A DNA stretch of 64,000 nucleotides from the human T2T-CHM13v2.0 reference genome, Homo sapiens: the NCBI RefSeq assembly GCF_009914755.1, contig NC_060931.1; one strand, given 5' to 3'. Shown piece after piece: positions 46,228 to 63,398 of the stretch; position 1 is the first letter of the stretch, and every line of letters begins with the position of its first letter. Both the position numbers and the translations under genes were made by a program. The notes under the pieces are model-generated. The model was not told where the DNA came from and made no database searches. It saw only the letters and a list, made by a program, of their open reading frames with translations.

Positions 46228-46999
46228 GTGGCAGTGTCCCGATTTTCCCAGTACAATCTGTCATGGCTTCCCTTGGCTAGGAAAGGGAAATCCCCCAACC
46301 CCTTGTGTTTCCCCAGTGAGGTGATGCCCCGCCCTGCTTCAGCTTGCCCTCTGTGGGCTGTGGGCTGCCCCCACTTTCTGACCAGTCCCAGTGAGGTGAA
46401 CCAGGTACCTCAGTTGGAAATGCAGAAATCACCCATGTTCTGCGTCGATCACGCTGGGAGCCGCAGACTGGAGCTGTTCTGGTCTTGGAACCAGAAGCCC
46501 ATTTGTGTTTCTTTAACTCTGTATGATTTTAAAACTTGTCCCATTCATTTTGTGTTGATGTTGAGTGTTATGGTAAGCATTATAGTCTCATGTGACTTGA
46601 TAAATCTGAATAATAAGAAGAAACTAGGGAGCTCTATACATCAAATTAAATAAGTCTCATAGTAAAGATGATGTGAATTAATAAAATGAGATGTAAGAAT
46701 TAGAAAGTATTTGTACATATTAAATTAATTTGAGTGTACAAGGAAATCTGAAACTACCTTCTGACCTTTATGCAATAATCTTAAAGAGTCATGCTGCTGA
46801 ATAAAATTTATCAGAAGAAACGTCTACTGTACAGGATAGGAGAAGAACAATAGGTTTACATTTCAGAGAGAGAAAATAGTGTTACTGAAACCAAGGAGGC
46901 ATTGGGAAAATAAAGACAAGTTGGAGAAAGATATAAAACTCTATAATTTTAACAATTATAAGGTAGGATAAGGCAAGAACACATTGGTATTTCTAGCAA

Positions 47000-49040
47000 T
47001 AGAAGAGAAATATTGACTTTTACTTCTGGCAAAATGTTGGGCCAAGTTATTTATATTAAATCTCTGCTTGAAAAATACTTAAAATATTGAATAAAATGTA
47101 AACACATTTTAAATGCATTGAGGAAAAATATTTAAATTAAAAAATACCACTAGGTATTAGGGGAATCCATAGTTCACAAGTGAGTATTATGAAACTCTCA
47201 GGGTAGAATTCATTCTAGTCTTACACAACATCTCACAGTTAATATGAAATAACTTCTCAAGTCGTTATGAGTCTGGTATGATATTGACATCACCAATATC
47301 TGAAAGGTATAGTATGAAGAAGAATATTACAGGCCAATTTCAGTCATGAATTGTGGTGAAAAATCCTAAACAAAATATTAACAAATATGCTCCAACAAAA
47401 CATAAAAGAATAAGAAATTATGGCCATGTTGAACTTATCTAAGAAAACCAAGTTCAGTTTAATATTACAAAAGCAATTAATGTAATTTATGACATTAAGG
47501 GTTTAGAGGAGAATAATTATATTATTCAATATGTGCAGAAAATGTAACATTCAAATTAGACAGAAATCTTAGAAAACTGACAAACATGGTTTCTTAATCT
47601 GGTAGAGGTCATATAAAATATCTATAGCAGCACTGTACTTAACAATGACAACATAGAAACCTTTGCTTTGAGATTACCAATTAAAAAAAGAAAGTTTAAG
47701 TTTATTTTTACTACTTCTACTAAGCATTGTAGACAATGCTAATAACACAAAAAATAAGGCCAGGCGTGGTGGCTCACGCCTATAATTCCAGCACTTTGGG
47801 AGGCCAGGTGGGTGGATCACGAGGTCAGGAGATTGAGACCATCCTGGCTAACACAGTGAAACCCTTGTCTCTACTAAAAATGCAAAAAAAAAATTTGCAG
47901 GCTGTGGTGGCGGGCGCCTGTAGTCCCAGCTACTCGGGAGGCTGAGGCAGGAGAATGGCATGAACCCAGGAGTCAGAGCTTGCAGTGAGCCAAGATTGCG
48001 CCACTGCACTCCAGCCTAGGTGACAGAGGGAGACTCTGTCTCCAAAAAAAAAAAAAAAAAAGACAAAAAATTCAATATTAAAAAATTACTTATCAGAGCG
48101 ATGTCAGCAGGAATGGCACAATAAGTACCTCTACAAATCATTTCATTTATAAAAACAATAGAATGCTGGTAAATAGTCTTATAATCAAGTTTTCCAGAAG
48201 TCTGAAAATTAACTAAAGGCTTGCAATGATCTGGGGTGCATTTATCTAGGAAGAAAAGAAAAACAAACAAATCTTACTGAAGCAAGAAGAGTACATTTTG
48301 TGGCATTTTAACTTTCCCTACACTTGAGGTGGGTGGACTTTTCCTACTAGATATCAAGATTATTATTATTTTTTAGTAAATAAAACACCATGCTTCAGTA
48401 AGAGAAATATAGAACAATGGGCAGGAAAAATAGCGCCCCTCAAAAAATAATGTCTAAATGGATGTTTGACATATGGGAGAGATGGCATAACAGATAAGTG
48501 GAGAAATGCAGGGTTTTCAACAAAAGGTGAGGAGACAATTGTAATTCATGTTTAAAAAAACGAAATCAGACCACCACTACCTCATACTCTACTCCTTCCC
48601 TAAATCCCAGGTGTATTAAAGACCTAATTGTTTAAGGGAAAACTACTCATTTAAAGAAATTAACATAGCAAAATGATTTTGTGATTTTTGAAGTAGAGAA
48701 AACTTCTTTAAAAAATACTAAAAAGCATTCACCATTAAAGTAATAGATAATTTAACTATATTAAAGTGAAATATTCAGGTCCTCAGAGTATTAGAAGAAA
48801 GTGAAGACAAGAGACTTCGAAAGACGCGAAAGAAGATATGTGCAAAAGATAATAGACAATTGACTTAAATTTGGAATATATACATAACACTCCCACATAC
48901 TTTTTAAATAAAATTCATCTGGCAAAAAAAATGCATGAAAATGTGTTTCACCTCTTTAATATCAAGATATGCAAAATAATAACATAATAACATAACACTA
49001 TAAACACTAAAGAATTTCAAGTTTTAAAAGTAAGAAAATA
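47000..49040 (+). mobile_element. Ancient L1M ORF2 fragments hosting an AluY
   Basis: ATTACAGGCCAATTTCAGTCATGAA, AAAATCCTAAACAAAATATTAACAAA, GATAAATTTAACTATATTAAA. Confidence 0.7.
47758..48061 (+). mobile_element. AluY-like
   Basis: GATCACGAGGTCAGGAGATTGAGACCATCCTGGCTAACAC; GAATGGCATGAACCC; GAGCTTGCAGTGAG; poly(A). Confidence 0.95.
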
Positions 49041-50025
49041 CCAATGTGTTAGATTAAATTATTAGTTCCAATACTTTATTTCTCTATAACAAAATTATGT
49101 ATGCATATCCTTGTTGTGGTCCCCTGGTGTATAAAATGAACATCATTCCTCTTGACTTTGGGCTTGTTATTTAGGATTTGCTTTGGCTGATGGAATATAA
49201 GTGTACATGAAAGAAGCAGTGGCTTAGATTATTTTTTTACCATGGGGCTTTCTCCTAAACTCTCGTATATCATTACGTATAAAATTCCTATACATGTACT
49301 TACAGCATATAATATTCACAATATTAATGATCTTTGTATTGATTGAATTTTCTTTGTTGGTGAGTAATCTGAAAATTATGAGATGTTTCATAAATATACA
49401 TATATATACACACACACACACGCACACACTTTTGGCCCTTGCATCTTGTTTCCAAGTTTATTTTCAATTTTGGGTCATGACACTCAATGGCTATTTTCTT
49501 AGAAAAGTAAGGAATTCCATTATGTTCAACCTGAATTAGTTGCCTTTTTATTAACAGCATTTTCTACCTCTTGCCTTTTGAAAGACAACCAAGTTGGCTC
49601 ATTGAGCATTTGTATAGTAGTCTAGAGAAATGACTTCACTCTGAAATGTTGGAAAGCCTATTGTGATTGCTTCTGCAATTTTCTCTGTTTTGGGATATAA
49701 TATCAGTCCAGTGTCTTTTGTATGCAAAATGCTGCTGTGGGAGCTGTTTTCCTCTCTGCTTTTGTTTCCAGTTGCCCTCCCTGCAAGTCTCTGGCCAGTC
49801 TTTCTAGGATATAATTCATTCAACCAATATTTATTGAGCAACTGCTAAGTTCTATGAATTGAGGATATAGCAGTGAATGACTAAGTACCTGATCTCCTGC
49901 AGCTTACACTGTATTGTGAAATATAAAATCTAATGCTGTAACATCAAATTTATCAATTCATGGGTCTTACGAAAACCTAAAATCATATAACTCCCTTTCC
50001 AAGTTCTCTGTTTGCCAATGCTTGC

Positions 50026-50406
50026 TGTATTAGTCTGCTAGGGCTGCCATAACAAAATACTCCTGACTGGGTGGCTTAAATAACATACACTCATTTTCTC
50101 ATAGTTCTGGAGGCTGGAAGTCAAGATCAAAGTGCCAGCAGGTTTCGTGTCTGGTGAGGGCCCCTCTCTTGGGTTGCAGATGGCCACTTTCTCACTGTGT
50201 TATCAATGGCCTTTTCTTGGTGTGCTGTGTGTACTTGGAGAGAGAGAGTGAACTCTTTGGTGTCTCTTATAAGGACACTAATCCTGTTAGATCAGGTACC
50301 AACTTTTATGACCTTAATTACCTCCTTATTCCAAATACAGCCACACTGGGCGTTAGGACTTCAACGTATACATTTTGGGGGAGACACATGAATCTTGTCC
50401 ATAACA
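50026..50406 (-). mobile_element. MLT1A-like solo LTR
   Basis: TGTATTAGTCTGCTAGGGCTGCCATAACAAAATAC...GTCCATAACA; 5-bp TSD CTTGC/CGTGC. Confidence 0.9.
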
Positions 50407-52085
50407 CGTGCTGATCTTGCTCTTGACCCTCTTCTTGACTTAAAGATTCCATTTCTGGGACCTTCAGAATTAACCTCATTACTCTCTATAGTATATAATG
50501 CTTTAATTTGAGCCAGGTAGCTCAGCCTTGTGGCTGGTTCTGTCCTCAAAGCTTATTATCATCATCAACTCACATTGATTAAGTATCTACTTATTTTAAA
50601 TTCCCTTATTTGGGTACTATGCAGCTTGCCCTTATCAGATTGACTGTTAGTGAATGCCCAAAGTCAAACCTTGAGCTCAATTCCTTCTCACCTCTTCATC
50701 TACCCTTTCTTGGGGTAGATGTCTATACACTGAGGCTGTTTATTCTTCACTAAATGACAAATGGCCTGTCATTTCTAGAAATGCTGTCTTATGACTTTGT
50801 AGCACAGATATTTCCCAAACAGGCTTTGTGAGGCCACCCATGACCCCACTGGGGCTTGCTGCAATCTCATGCTCTATATTGTAGTATATTTGTTAGCTCA
50901 AAGGCCAGAGGCTGTCTCAAGAAATTTACCCAACTCAGGAAATCAAATAGATGAATTAATTGCTGTTTCTATATCAATTGTCTCTGAGAAACACATAATT
51001 AGGCAGTCTTCTCATTTCAAGAAGAAAAAGATGGAGTAAAAACCCATTTGGGACAAGGAAAATCAATCATAATAAGAAAGCCCTTTGAGAAGTGTGGGCC
51101 CTTGCACCAGTTGTGCCCTCTCAGCTGGGTCCCCTCTTTAAAAAGGTGAATATTTTTAGAACTGAGTGCTTCAAAATTGGGCATTTGTGTCGTAACTATG
51201 GTTTATGTTCCCATGATAGGAACACACAAGACCCCATGGGATCTTCTCCACTTTAATGGAGTGAATTGTTCAATTGACAGGGGAGATTTAGAATGCTTCA
51301 TCAGAAAAACTAACACAGGCCCATTTTCCCATCCAGAACAAGCTTTTCTAAATAACTTTTCACAGATGAAGCTTCTTGTAAATACTACCAGAAATATTTT
51401 CACTTTATAAAACTGTAGCTCAATATTTCAGTCACAGCATCAGTCATTTTCATGGAATCCTATGTGATTGGGGACATATTGTATTTCATTGAAAATGCCC
51501 CAGTAGGCACCAAGAAAATCATAAAAGTAGGTCCTTTCTGTGGATTCATTAAATTATTAGCTTATTGCCAGGTCAGTCCAGAGATTCTATAGAGACTTGT
51601 CATTCTCTTCTCAGCTAGGATAATGGAACATGTTATCTTTTAGAAACACAGCATTCAGTCCTTATATTATTCTACTGCTCTGGGATCCAAGAGTTGTTCT
51701 TTCCTAATCCCCACCTCAAGATACTGTGATAACCAGAGAAATTCTAAAGTGATCATTCCTGTAATGATAATTAATACCTATCACTTATACTTTCTTTTTA
51801 ATAGAATATTATGAATAGCAAAGATAAATCATTTTTATTTACAAGCTGCGCTGAGTTAACCCAGCTCCATAAGGTTATAAAGTAAAATGATATTTTATAA
51901 AATCTCCAAGAAAAGTTCTAAAAGTTTAAACTTTAAAACAAATTCACTTTATTTTATCCTTTGTGATCTCATTGCAGGCTATATGTCCCATCATTTCAGA
52001 GCAGTAGTTTATTACATGCATTATGTATCCATTTCCCTGGCTTGAATATACTCACATAAACAAGGCCCAAATCTTTTACTTCTTT

Positions 52086-52447
<362 letters not shown>

Positions 52448-54952
52448 TTACAGTACAAAGCATAAAGGTCAGCACTTATTGTTCACTCAGCATAAGTAAA
52501 TGAGTGAATAGCTTGTGCACAATGGTTAGAATAGTTAGAGTAGTTTTCCTGTATTACTGTGAGTTTAGCAAAAACCAAAAACCAAACAAAAAACCAACAA
52601 CAAACAAAATATCTGTAGGCCTACCTTTAATAGACGTGTTTAAAGAAAACAAAACAGATTTTCCTCTACATGGTAATACTTAAAACTTTAGCTTATAGAC
52701 TAAATAGGCCAAAGATTTCAACATAAGATGGTTAATGATAACTTTGCCAGATATTTGAATTTTATATTCTGAAAATAATGCCAATATGTTAAGAAACATA
52801 TCTTAGCTTTCTTTGCTAGTTTCTGCTTCTACCACCAAATAAATTAAGTTTCATATTTTAGTAGTAAAAGTTTTAGGAAACTTATGCTTTTGTTTTAGTT
52901 CTTCTACTAAACAGCTTCTAAGAAAATGATATTTTGGCTCTCTATAATTTTCTATAAAATAGAAATGATAATGACAGTTTTGTCTTTTTAAAGATGATGA
53001 TTATAACAATAAATAAAATGATAAGATGTGGAAGTATCTTGAAAAACATAAAGTGCCAAGCAGCTATAGGGAAATGTTGGAACACAAACAGATAATTGGA
53101 ATATAGTGATGAAAGTGCTGGCTAATGAATTCCTTTTCCCTTTCACCTTCATTCAGTATTCAAAGCTCTTAAAAAGAATCAGTTACATAGAGGTTGGATT
53201 GGAATGGCCACTGCTTAATTTCAGCTCCTAAAGTACAGCACTGTAACTTCTACCTTCCATGGCTGACACTTCTATACCTATCTGACACCTTCCACCCTGG
53301 CCTCAGCCTACCTATCCAAGATAGGCCATTTCCTAGTAGTGGGTCAGGTGCCTTTCCTCTTCCTTATGTTTCCTTTCTATGAGTGGAATTCAATCTATAT
53401 AACCTATAACCTAAATCTTTCTTCTCTGCTTTACTGGTTCTGTGCTGAGGAAGCAGAATAATTTATCTGAGTGGTTAACTTGGGTAGGATAACTGGACAG
53501 GCTTGGCTTAGCACCACTTGGCTCTGAGATCAAGCTGGCTTACAAGACAAGCTCTCCTCTACTTGTTTGCACTGTAAGTCCTGCCTGCGTAGACTTCCTT
53601 GATGCACAGAGGCCTTCCTTGGTGTGGCACAACCTACAATTGGGTACCTGAGTCTGTCTGATCCAGGGGTTCAATACTGGCAATCCTACTTTTCTATGGC
53701 ACCTAAAGCTAGGTCCTCCAACCTAGCCACTGGTTAGTGAAGTGATTGTTTACCCTCAATAACTACTGTTTATTTTATTTATCAACTACTTCAGAACCTG
53801 AAAAGTGAAGAGGTGTGATCGTTATTGCTTTTTGCTTTCCTCCACCCCGAGTTCTGCACACACATGCTGGCAGTGTCTAAAATTTCCAGCAAAAACAACA
53901 AACAATGGCCTTCTAGCACCAGAATCTGTTCACATTTCCTGCTCTTTCCTCCATTTTAGCCCAGTATTTCTCATTCCTGTTTTCCTGATTCTCTGGCCTC
54001 CATTTTTGCCTGTATCTTGGCACCTGATGTTCAATTCAAGCCCCCTTTGCCATTATAATCCATTTGGTAGCTCAGCTCCATGCATTTTAACTTTTGGGAA
54101 GAAAACACCTTCCCAGATGGTCAGTGCACTTGCCCTAACAAGCCATCCCATTGATAAAGGGAGGTTGGCACATCCTGTTGCAAATGAAGGTCAGCACTCC
54201 TGCCTGGTCATAGTTCTCTTACCCTTTCCTATGTTTTTGCAGCCTTGTCTCTGTTAGCCCAGATAAGTTTTCCAATGATGTTGGGAGCTACTTGGATGCT
54301 GAAGGAAATGTTTTACTTTTCTCTGATCCTACAAAAACATTGTTTATACTTCCTCTGTGCATGAGATTGAAATTGCCTGCGAGAAGGTTGGAATTACCAA
54401 AAGTTTCTATTTAGATTCTGAGTGGAATGCAATTCAGGATACTATTCATTGGTATGCTTCCTCTTCTTCTTCTTTTTGTGTTTGTTGGTATTTAGTTTAA
54501 ATGTCTTGTTTATGGTTTTGACAGTGCTGTGATATGATATTACTTTGTAACCAGCATGGTGCCACTATTTCAAAGGTCACTGAAATACTCAGCCGGTGTT
54601 TATATATCATTTCCTACTTGGAACATTGTGTTTAAAGTTCTGATTGACTTGACCAAGTTACTGAGGTCTGGAAGACCTCATCACTGAGAAGGCAGAAATT
54701 TCAAAAAAATTAACAATTGTCTTAGAGATTTGAAATGTGAAATGTAGAAGGAAACTCTAGGTCCTTTAAAATCTCAGTTTAAAAAGATAAATTGATATGA
54801 GACAGATTAAGTGATTTGCCCATAGAAATGTTATTAAATGTTAAGGTGAGGATTCTAACAAAGTTGACATTATGCTTGATTTAGGGATATTTCCCCACTT
54901 CACATCACTGTTCTCTCATTACCAGAAAAGTGTATAAATATTTCGTCAGACA

Positions 54953-57495
<2,543 letters not shown>

Positions 57496-57784
57496 AAAAA
57501 TTTCATGAGACACTTGCTAACTCAGTTTATTCAATTTTCCTATAAAATTGATTATTGAAAAATTTCTTCTTGCTTTGAGTACTTAATACTCTCCTCAAAG
57601 AGAAAAGGCAGTTATTTAATTCTTTATTTCTTGTTTGTGAAACTGATTGCTAAGAATAATTATTCTATTAGTATCTCATACAGTTTAAAGCCTTACTGAA
57701 GGTTGAGGGGGGTAGGCAGGATCTGTGATACTACTAACTTTGATCTAAAATTATAAACATGTAATCACAAAACCACTGTGGTTC

Positions 57785-57830
57785 CAGCAGTGATCAGTCT
57801 GTGCTTTCAGCAGTGATCAGTCTGTGCTTT
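57785..57830. repeat. Perfect 23-bp tandem duplication
   Basis: CAGCAGTGATCAGTCTGTGCTTT x2. Confidence 0.95.
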
Positions 57831-58164
57831 GAAGCATAATCTGCTTTCATAAAGGGGTGAAGGATTTCACTCTGCCTGCCTTGAATCCATGACAAGCAGG
57901 GGTATAGCTGCATAATCCTTTTACAGGGAGATGAAGAATTGAAACCAATCACTCAATTTAACACAGTTGGTATTTTCTAACTTTTATATATTTGGCAATA
58001 TTTTGAGTGAGTTATGATATCCTGTTATATTATTATTTTGCACATTTTCAATTCTAAAGAGATTAAGCACATTTTTATATGTGTATGATTCAGGTACATT
58101 TCTTTTTATAATGTGCCTGTTGAAGTAATCAGCCTATTTTTCTATTGAATCACCTATATTTTAA

Positions 58165-58476
<312 letters not shown>

Positions 58477-59322
58477 AACATTTTTTTAATATGTAAGAGT
58501 TTTCTTGTATTTCCAAATAAAGGCCATTGCTTTTTATCTATTCTTATATTTTTTTCTAAAATGACTTGTTTTCCCTTTATAATATTTAGAGCTAGACATT
58601 TTTAATTTTAATGGAGTTAAATTTATTGGTTACTCTTTATGGTGGATGCTTTTTGCAGCCAGTTGACAAGTGGAGTGAATTTATTCACATGTTTGGCAAC
58701 TGATTGGCTGTTAGCTAAGATGAGGGAAAGAGGTTTTCTTTTCAAAATTTAGGCTGGCCCAGGCCAAATTGCTTGAAGACTGGCCGGGTTATGAGAACAC
58801 AATAGATGTGTGCAGAGTCTCTAAAGACTGGGCTTAGAAGTGCCATAACATTACATCTACGGCATTCCATTGGGCAGAGAAAGCCACAAGACAAGCCCAG
58901 AGTTAAACAGAGGAGTAATAGATCACCTCTGTGGTGGAAGTGCTACAAAGGCACATTGAAATTATATGGGTACTAAAACGAGAAGAATTCTTGCAATATA
59001 CCAGAGATCTTTGTACAAGATCTCAGAGGCCAGCAGAAGCAAACCACCTGGTGCCAAAATCTCTGTAAGCGCCATCATCACTGTAGTGTTTAAATGCAAT
59101 AACCACTTGATCTCTCATCGCTTTGCACTTCATCAGGATTTCATCCCGTGCCTCCTTGGTGTTTATTGGAGTAATTAGGATGCCACTGGAAGCCATAGGA
59201 TAACAGTGCTACATTTTCCCACCCCTGTAAAAAGGTTAGCATACTCATCCAACATGAGAGCAACCCAATTACAGAATTACCTTTTGAAGGTCTTTTTCAG
59301 GCACTAGACCTAATATAAATTA

Positions 59323-59805
59323 CTGTATCAGACAGAAAATCAGCAAGAAAAAGATAGCAAAGTCATAAAGGGTTTTTGAAAACATTTTACTAAATCAGTT
59401 ATTACAAAGTTGTGGCCAGGTTTCAGGATACTCAATAGGTGGCAAAACACCCAAGGGCTGGCAAAACCAGAAAGTTGCCATCATCTATAGGCTTGAAAGG
59501 ACAAGGAGATTATTTACTGGAAAACTTCTGGCTACAAGAGAGACCCATCTGAAAGAAGCTGTAGTTTTGGTAGAGGAACATAGCTTTAGCCAACTCAAGG
59601 CATAGCAAACATGAACAGAAAGAGTAAATACCCTGAACTCTTTCATCCTGCCCTTAAGCTTTCAGACAGTGCCTAAACTTGTCTGAAGAAATCAGAAGCT
59701 GGAAGACAGGATAAGGGAGCCCAGTTCATGTGTCAGTCTTGAAGTACATAGCAGGGTGAAGAAGGCAGAAGGTCTGTCTGGACAGGCAACCAGATAATGT
59801 CTATC
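59323..59805. mobile_element. Ancient ERVL-type LTR (LTR33/LTR41-like, uncertain)
   Basis: TGTATCAGACAGAAAATCAGCAAG start; GATAAGGGAGCCCAG motif. Confidence 0.4.
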
Positions 59806-59885
59806 CATGTGCATAATAAAAATTTGTTGAATAAATGCACTCTTTCCATGTGCATAATAAAAATTTGTTGAATAAATGCACTGTT
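59804..59885. repeat. 41-bp tandem duplication (1 mismatch) in an L2 3'-end remnant
   Basis: TCCATGTGCATAATAAAAATTTGTTGAATAAATGCACT(C/G)TT x2. Confidence 0.93.
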
Positions 59886-60659
59886 TCCTTAGTGGAAAAT
59901 ATCCTGCAAATTTGAGCACCCTACTTGCTTTAGCAGAAAACTTTTACTAGCTTATAATTATTTTTCAATATTAATGCAGGTTCTCATACACATTTTTAAT
60001 CCTGATAAGAATTTTCTCTCTTCCATAACAACCTCACCTGCAAAACTCAGTTGTTAAATTTTCCAGTTAAGAAAGCCAATAAATTATCTAAAAACAAACA
60101 AACAAAAGAAACAAAAAAAACAAAAACCAAAACAAGCTTGTTTGATTTGAGTTTCTGTCACTCATAACCAAAAGAGTTCTAACATGCCTTTATTTGCTTT
60201 CTTCAGTCACACTTGTATTTTAATTCCTGGAACATGTTTCTATTAATGTGTCAGTAATTACTGCAGAATTATAAGTGATTGAAATTGAAAGTACCCTTCT
60301 CCAGGCACTACGTAAAAAACAAAGGAGACAAAACAGCCACAAAAGACAAAATGACACACTGGCTTGCAGTTCCCTTAGTAGAGGTATTATAACATAGTGT
60401 TCACTTTAATTATTTAGACTCTATTATTTAGGGTTCTGAGTCCATTGTACCCAGCATCTGGAGGAAACTGTCTGAATTTTTACAGGAGCAAGGAGCAATG
60501 GTACATGTAGTTATGTAGATTTCTGACTTCAAGACATTTTATTGCAAATCAGAATTATTCTCTAAAGACTTGAAGAGAACACATTTCAATCTCTATAGGA
60601 TTCATTTTACTCATTTACTTAAGAAGGACTGTGACATAACAATGATTTTGATAATACAG

Positions 60660-60830
60660 CTGCTACTATTAATAATCAGAGTTATCATTCTTGAGGGATT
60701 GGCTCTGTGCCAGGCACTATAATAAGACATTAAATATATTTTATCTCATCTTCAAAGCAATTCTATAAGTTAGATATCATTCCCATGCTATATATGAAAA
60801 ACCAAATCTCAGAAATTAAGTAACTTTCTG
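60660..60830 (-). mobile_element. MIR SINE
   Basis: CTCTGTGCCAGGCACTAT...TATCATTCCCATGCTATATATGAAAAAC. Confidence 0.6.
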
Positions 60831-62828
60831 CATTATGTATATTTGATTCTGTGAACATGTTTCTCTCATGATTAAATTAGTCTTATATCTTAGCATATTT
60901 TAATATTCACATTAATAATATAAAGATATTTGCTTAAGGAGGGAATTGAATGGGATGAGATTTTTCTCTCCAAACAAGAAAGAAGCCTTAGTTGTATGTT
61001 TGAATAAACATCTTAATCAATTATAAAATCTATGTTAAAACTAGAATTAACCAAGAAACTAGAAAAATGAAAGACAGATATATATAATTATTTTCACCTG
61101 ACCAGTGAAATTAAAGATGGAGAAATCACCCTATCAACAGGATTTGTGGGATGTAGGGGTGGCCATAGAACTGATAAGACTTGTATGAAAACAGAGGACT
61201 CATAATCTCTTTTACAGCATTTTAATGTTGTGTTGATAGTTTTCTAGGATACAGATAGCTATAGTGAAATTATACTGAGGATGGAAATGGTAATTGTGGC
61301 TTCATATCTGAAATCAAGGTGATTTTATTGTTTTTCATCTAAAATTGATTACATAAAGTAAAGCCTGGTATCAATTCAATTGAGGATTTGATGAGTCAAA
61401 TATGAAGCCAAATGTGACCCATACAACCTTTGCTGGCTGTATTTCTTTTCAAAATATACAAGGCCTATACAAATCACTCATATATATTTATATGAATGTA
61501 AAATAGAATAAACGTTAAATAAAGAAATTATGATAATTAGGTACAAATACAGGCACTTGGTATTTATGTAGGGCCTTTATCACCAAGTATTCAAAGCCTG
61601 CTGGGACTAGTATCTCACGAGGCATTGTGATGTTGGAAGCAAAAAGGATTTGTAGTGTTTGTACTGAACAATTTGCCAAATGCTGTCAGGTAAGCTGAGG
61701 ACAGCATCCAGTCTCCTAATTTTTGCTTTTGCAGCCTTCCAGTCTTGCCTTCCTAAAAATTAGATTTGAAATATAAGAAGGAAAATGACCAAAATTAAGA
61801 TTTTCATAGCAACAATTTTGATTAAAGCCCCAAAATTTCCAAAAACTATCAATATTTGATAAACAGTGGATATTGATGGTTCTCCTAACAGAAACGCTAA
61901 GTATATGCAGTATAAGGAACAGATTTTTCCAAAGGAATCACAACGTATTTGTCATTTTTAACTCTAATTATTAGGTGCTTTTGTCTGCATTTGATTATCT
62001 CAATCTTTACAAATATACTGATTATAAAAATCACTAAGATTTCTCTATAATCTGTGGTATGAAATAAACAGTTTGGTTTCCAAAAGTACTCAGCACTTTT
62101 GATTGTTCTTATCAATAAATAAGAAATGATATCAAAATGAGAATGAAGCAAATGTCCGAGAGCTGAACTGTTTTGCATAACTTGATCTCTCCATTGCAAG
62201 GCTACTTTGAGGCTGGAGGGAGAAAGCTGAAATAGTCTAGCACTGTTGGTGCTATCAAATGCAGGTGAAAGTCATATCCTCATGGGCAACTGCTCAGTGA
62301 AAACCTGAGAGGTGTTTTGTCTTCATTTGAACAAGACGAAACCAAACCCTCTTCTTTTACTGACTCTGAGAGAATTTTGATTCAGAAAAAAAATTCCTCA
62401 CTGAGGACTAGCTAAATGTAAAATTAGAACAAAAGCCAGTCTCACAGAAACAAAACACTGGGAACTGTATGTTTCTTTTTAAGACCATGAAATGAGGGAG
62501 AAACATCTTCAGTTTTTTGTAAGCCTGAGCACTTTCCCAAGTAAAATTTTTAGATAAGTTAAATGTCAATAAGCCAGAATTACCCAATTGCATTTAAAAA
62601 AAATGTTCATGAACATTTTTTTTAATGGGGAAAAAAGTTGCCATATGTTCACATTGGGAAACATTAACAAGAATAACCACTTTTAAGTGGGTGATTGATT
62701 TTTGCATATATAATCGAGGCCCAAGAGTGGACTGAGGAGTGAAGAAATATATGGTGGTGGCATAGAATGTGCCACCCAGAAATATAAGCTGGGAGTGTAT
62801 TCGTGAATTCATTGGGGCTCAAAATACC

Positions 62829-63286
62829 TGTGGTAGGCTGAATAATGGTCCCCAAATATGCCCATATCCTAATCTCTGAAACCTATAAATATCTTATTTT
62901 GTAAGTGGAAATTTGCTGATGTAAGTAAGGATCATCAGACTATCCAGAGTGAAGCATATATCATAAAAAGAAGGGTGAAAGATGAATCAGAGTCAGAGAG
63001 AAGGTAGTGGGACATTGGAAGTAGAGGTTGGAGTGATGAACTTTGACCATAGAGGAAGAGACCATAAGCAAGGATCGAGATGGCATCTAGCAGCTGTGAA
63101 AGACAAGGAAAGAAATTCTCCCCTAGAGTCTACAGAGGAGCACCGCCCTATTGACACCTTTACTTTAACCCAGTGAATCTGATTTTAGATTTCTAGGCTT
63201 CAGAACTGTAGAGAATACATATCTGTGTTGTTTTAAGCCATCAAATTTGTGCTAATTTGTTATAGTAGCCTTAGTAAACTAATACA
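62829..63286 (+). mobile_element. MLT1C/D-like solo LTR
   Basis: TGTGGTAGGCTGAATAATGGTCCCCAAA...TGTTGTTTTAAGCCA...AAACTAATACA; TSD ATACC/ATATC. Confidence 0.88.
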
Positions 63287-63398
63287 ATATCCTGTATCTG
63301 CATTTTGAAAGTTTATTTTTTTCTGTTTAATTTTAAAAGTGAATGTTTTGTCTCTTTGGAGGAAAATCTGGGAGAAATACAAGAAAATAATGTTGGAG

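Noticed and set aside
50697-50774. Two short hairpins (CATCTACCC/GGGTAGATG; AAATGACA/TGTCATTT)
   Set aside because: 8-9-bp stems are expected by chance in 64 kb
53805-54257. 150-aa + strand ORF
   Set aside because: GTG start, no domain, composition typical of non-coding pyrimidine-rich DNA
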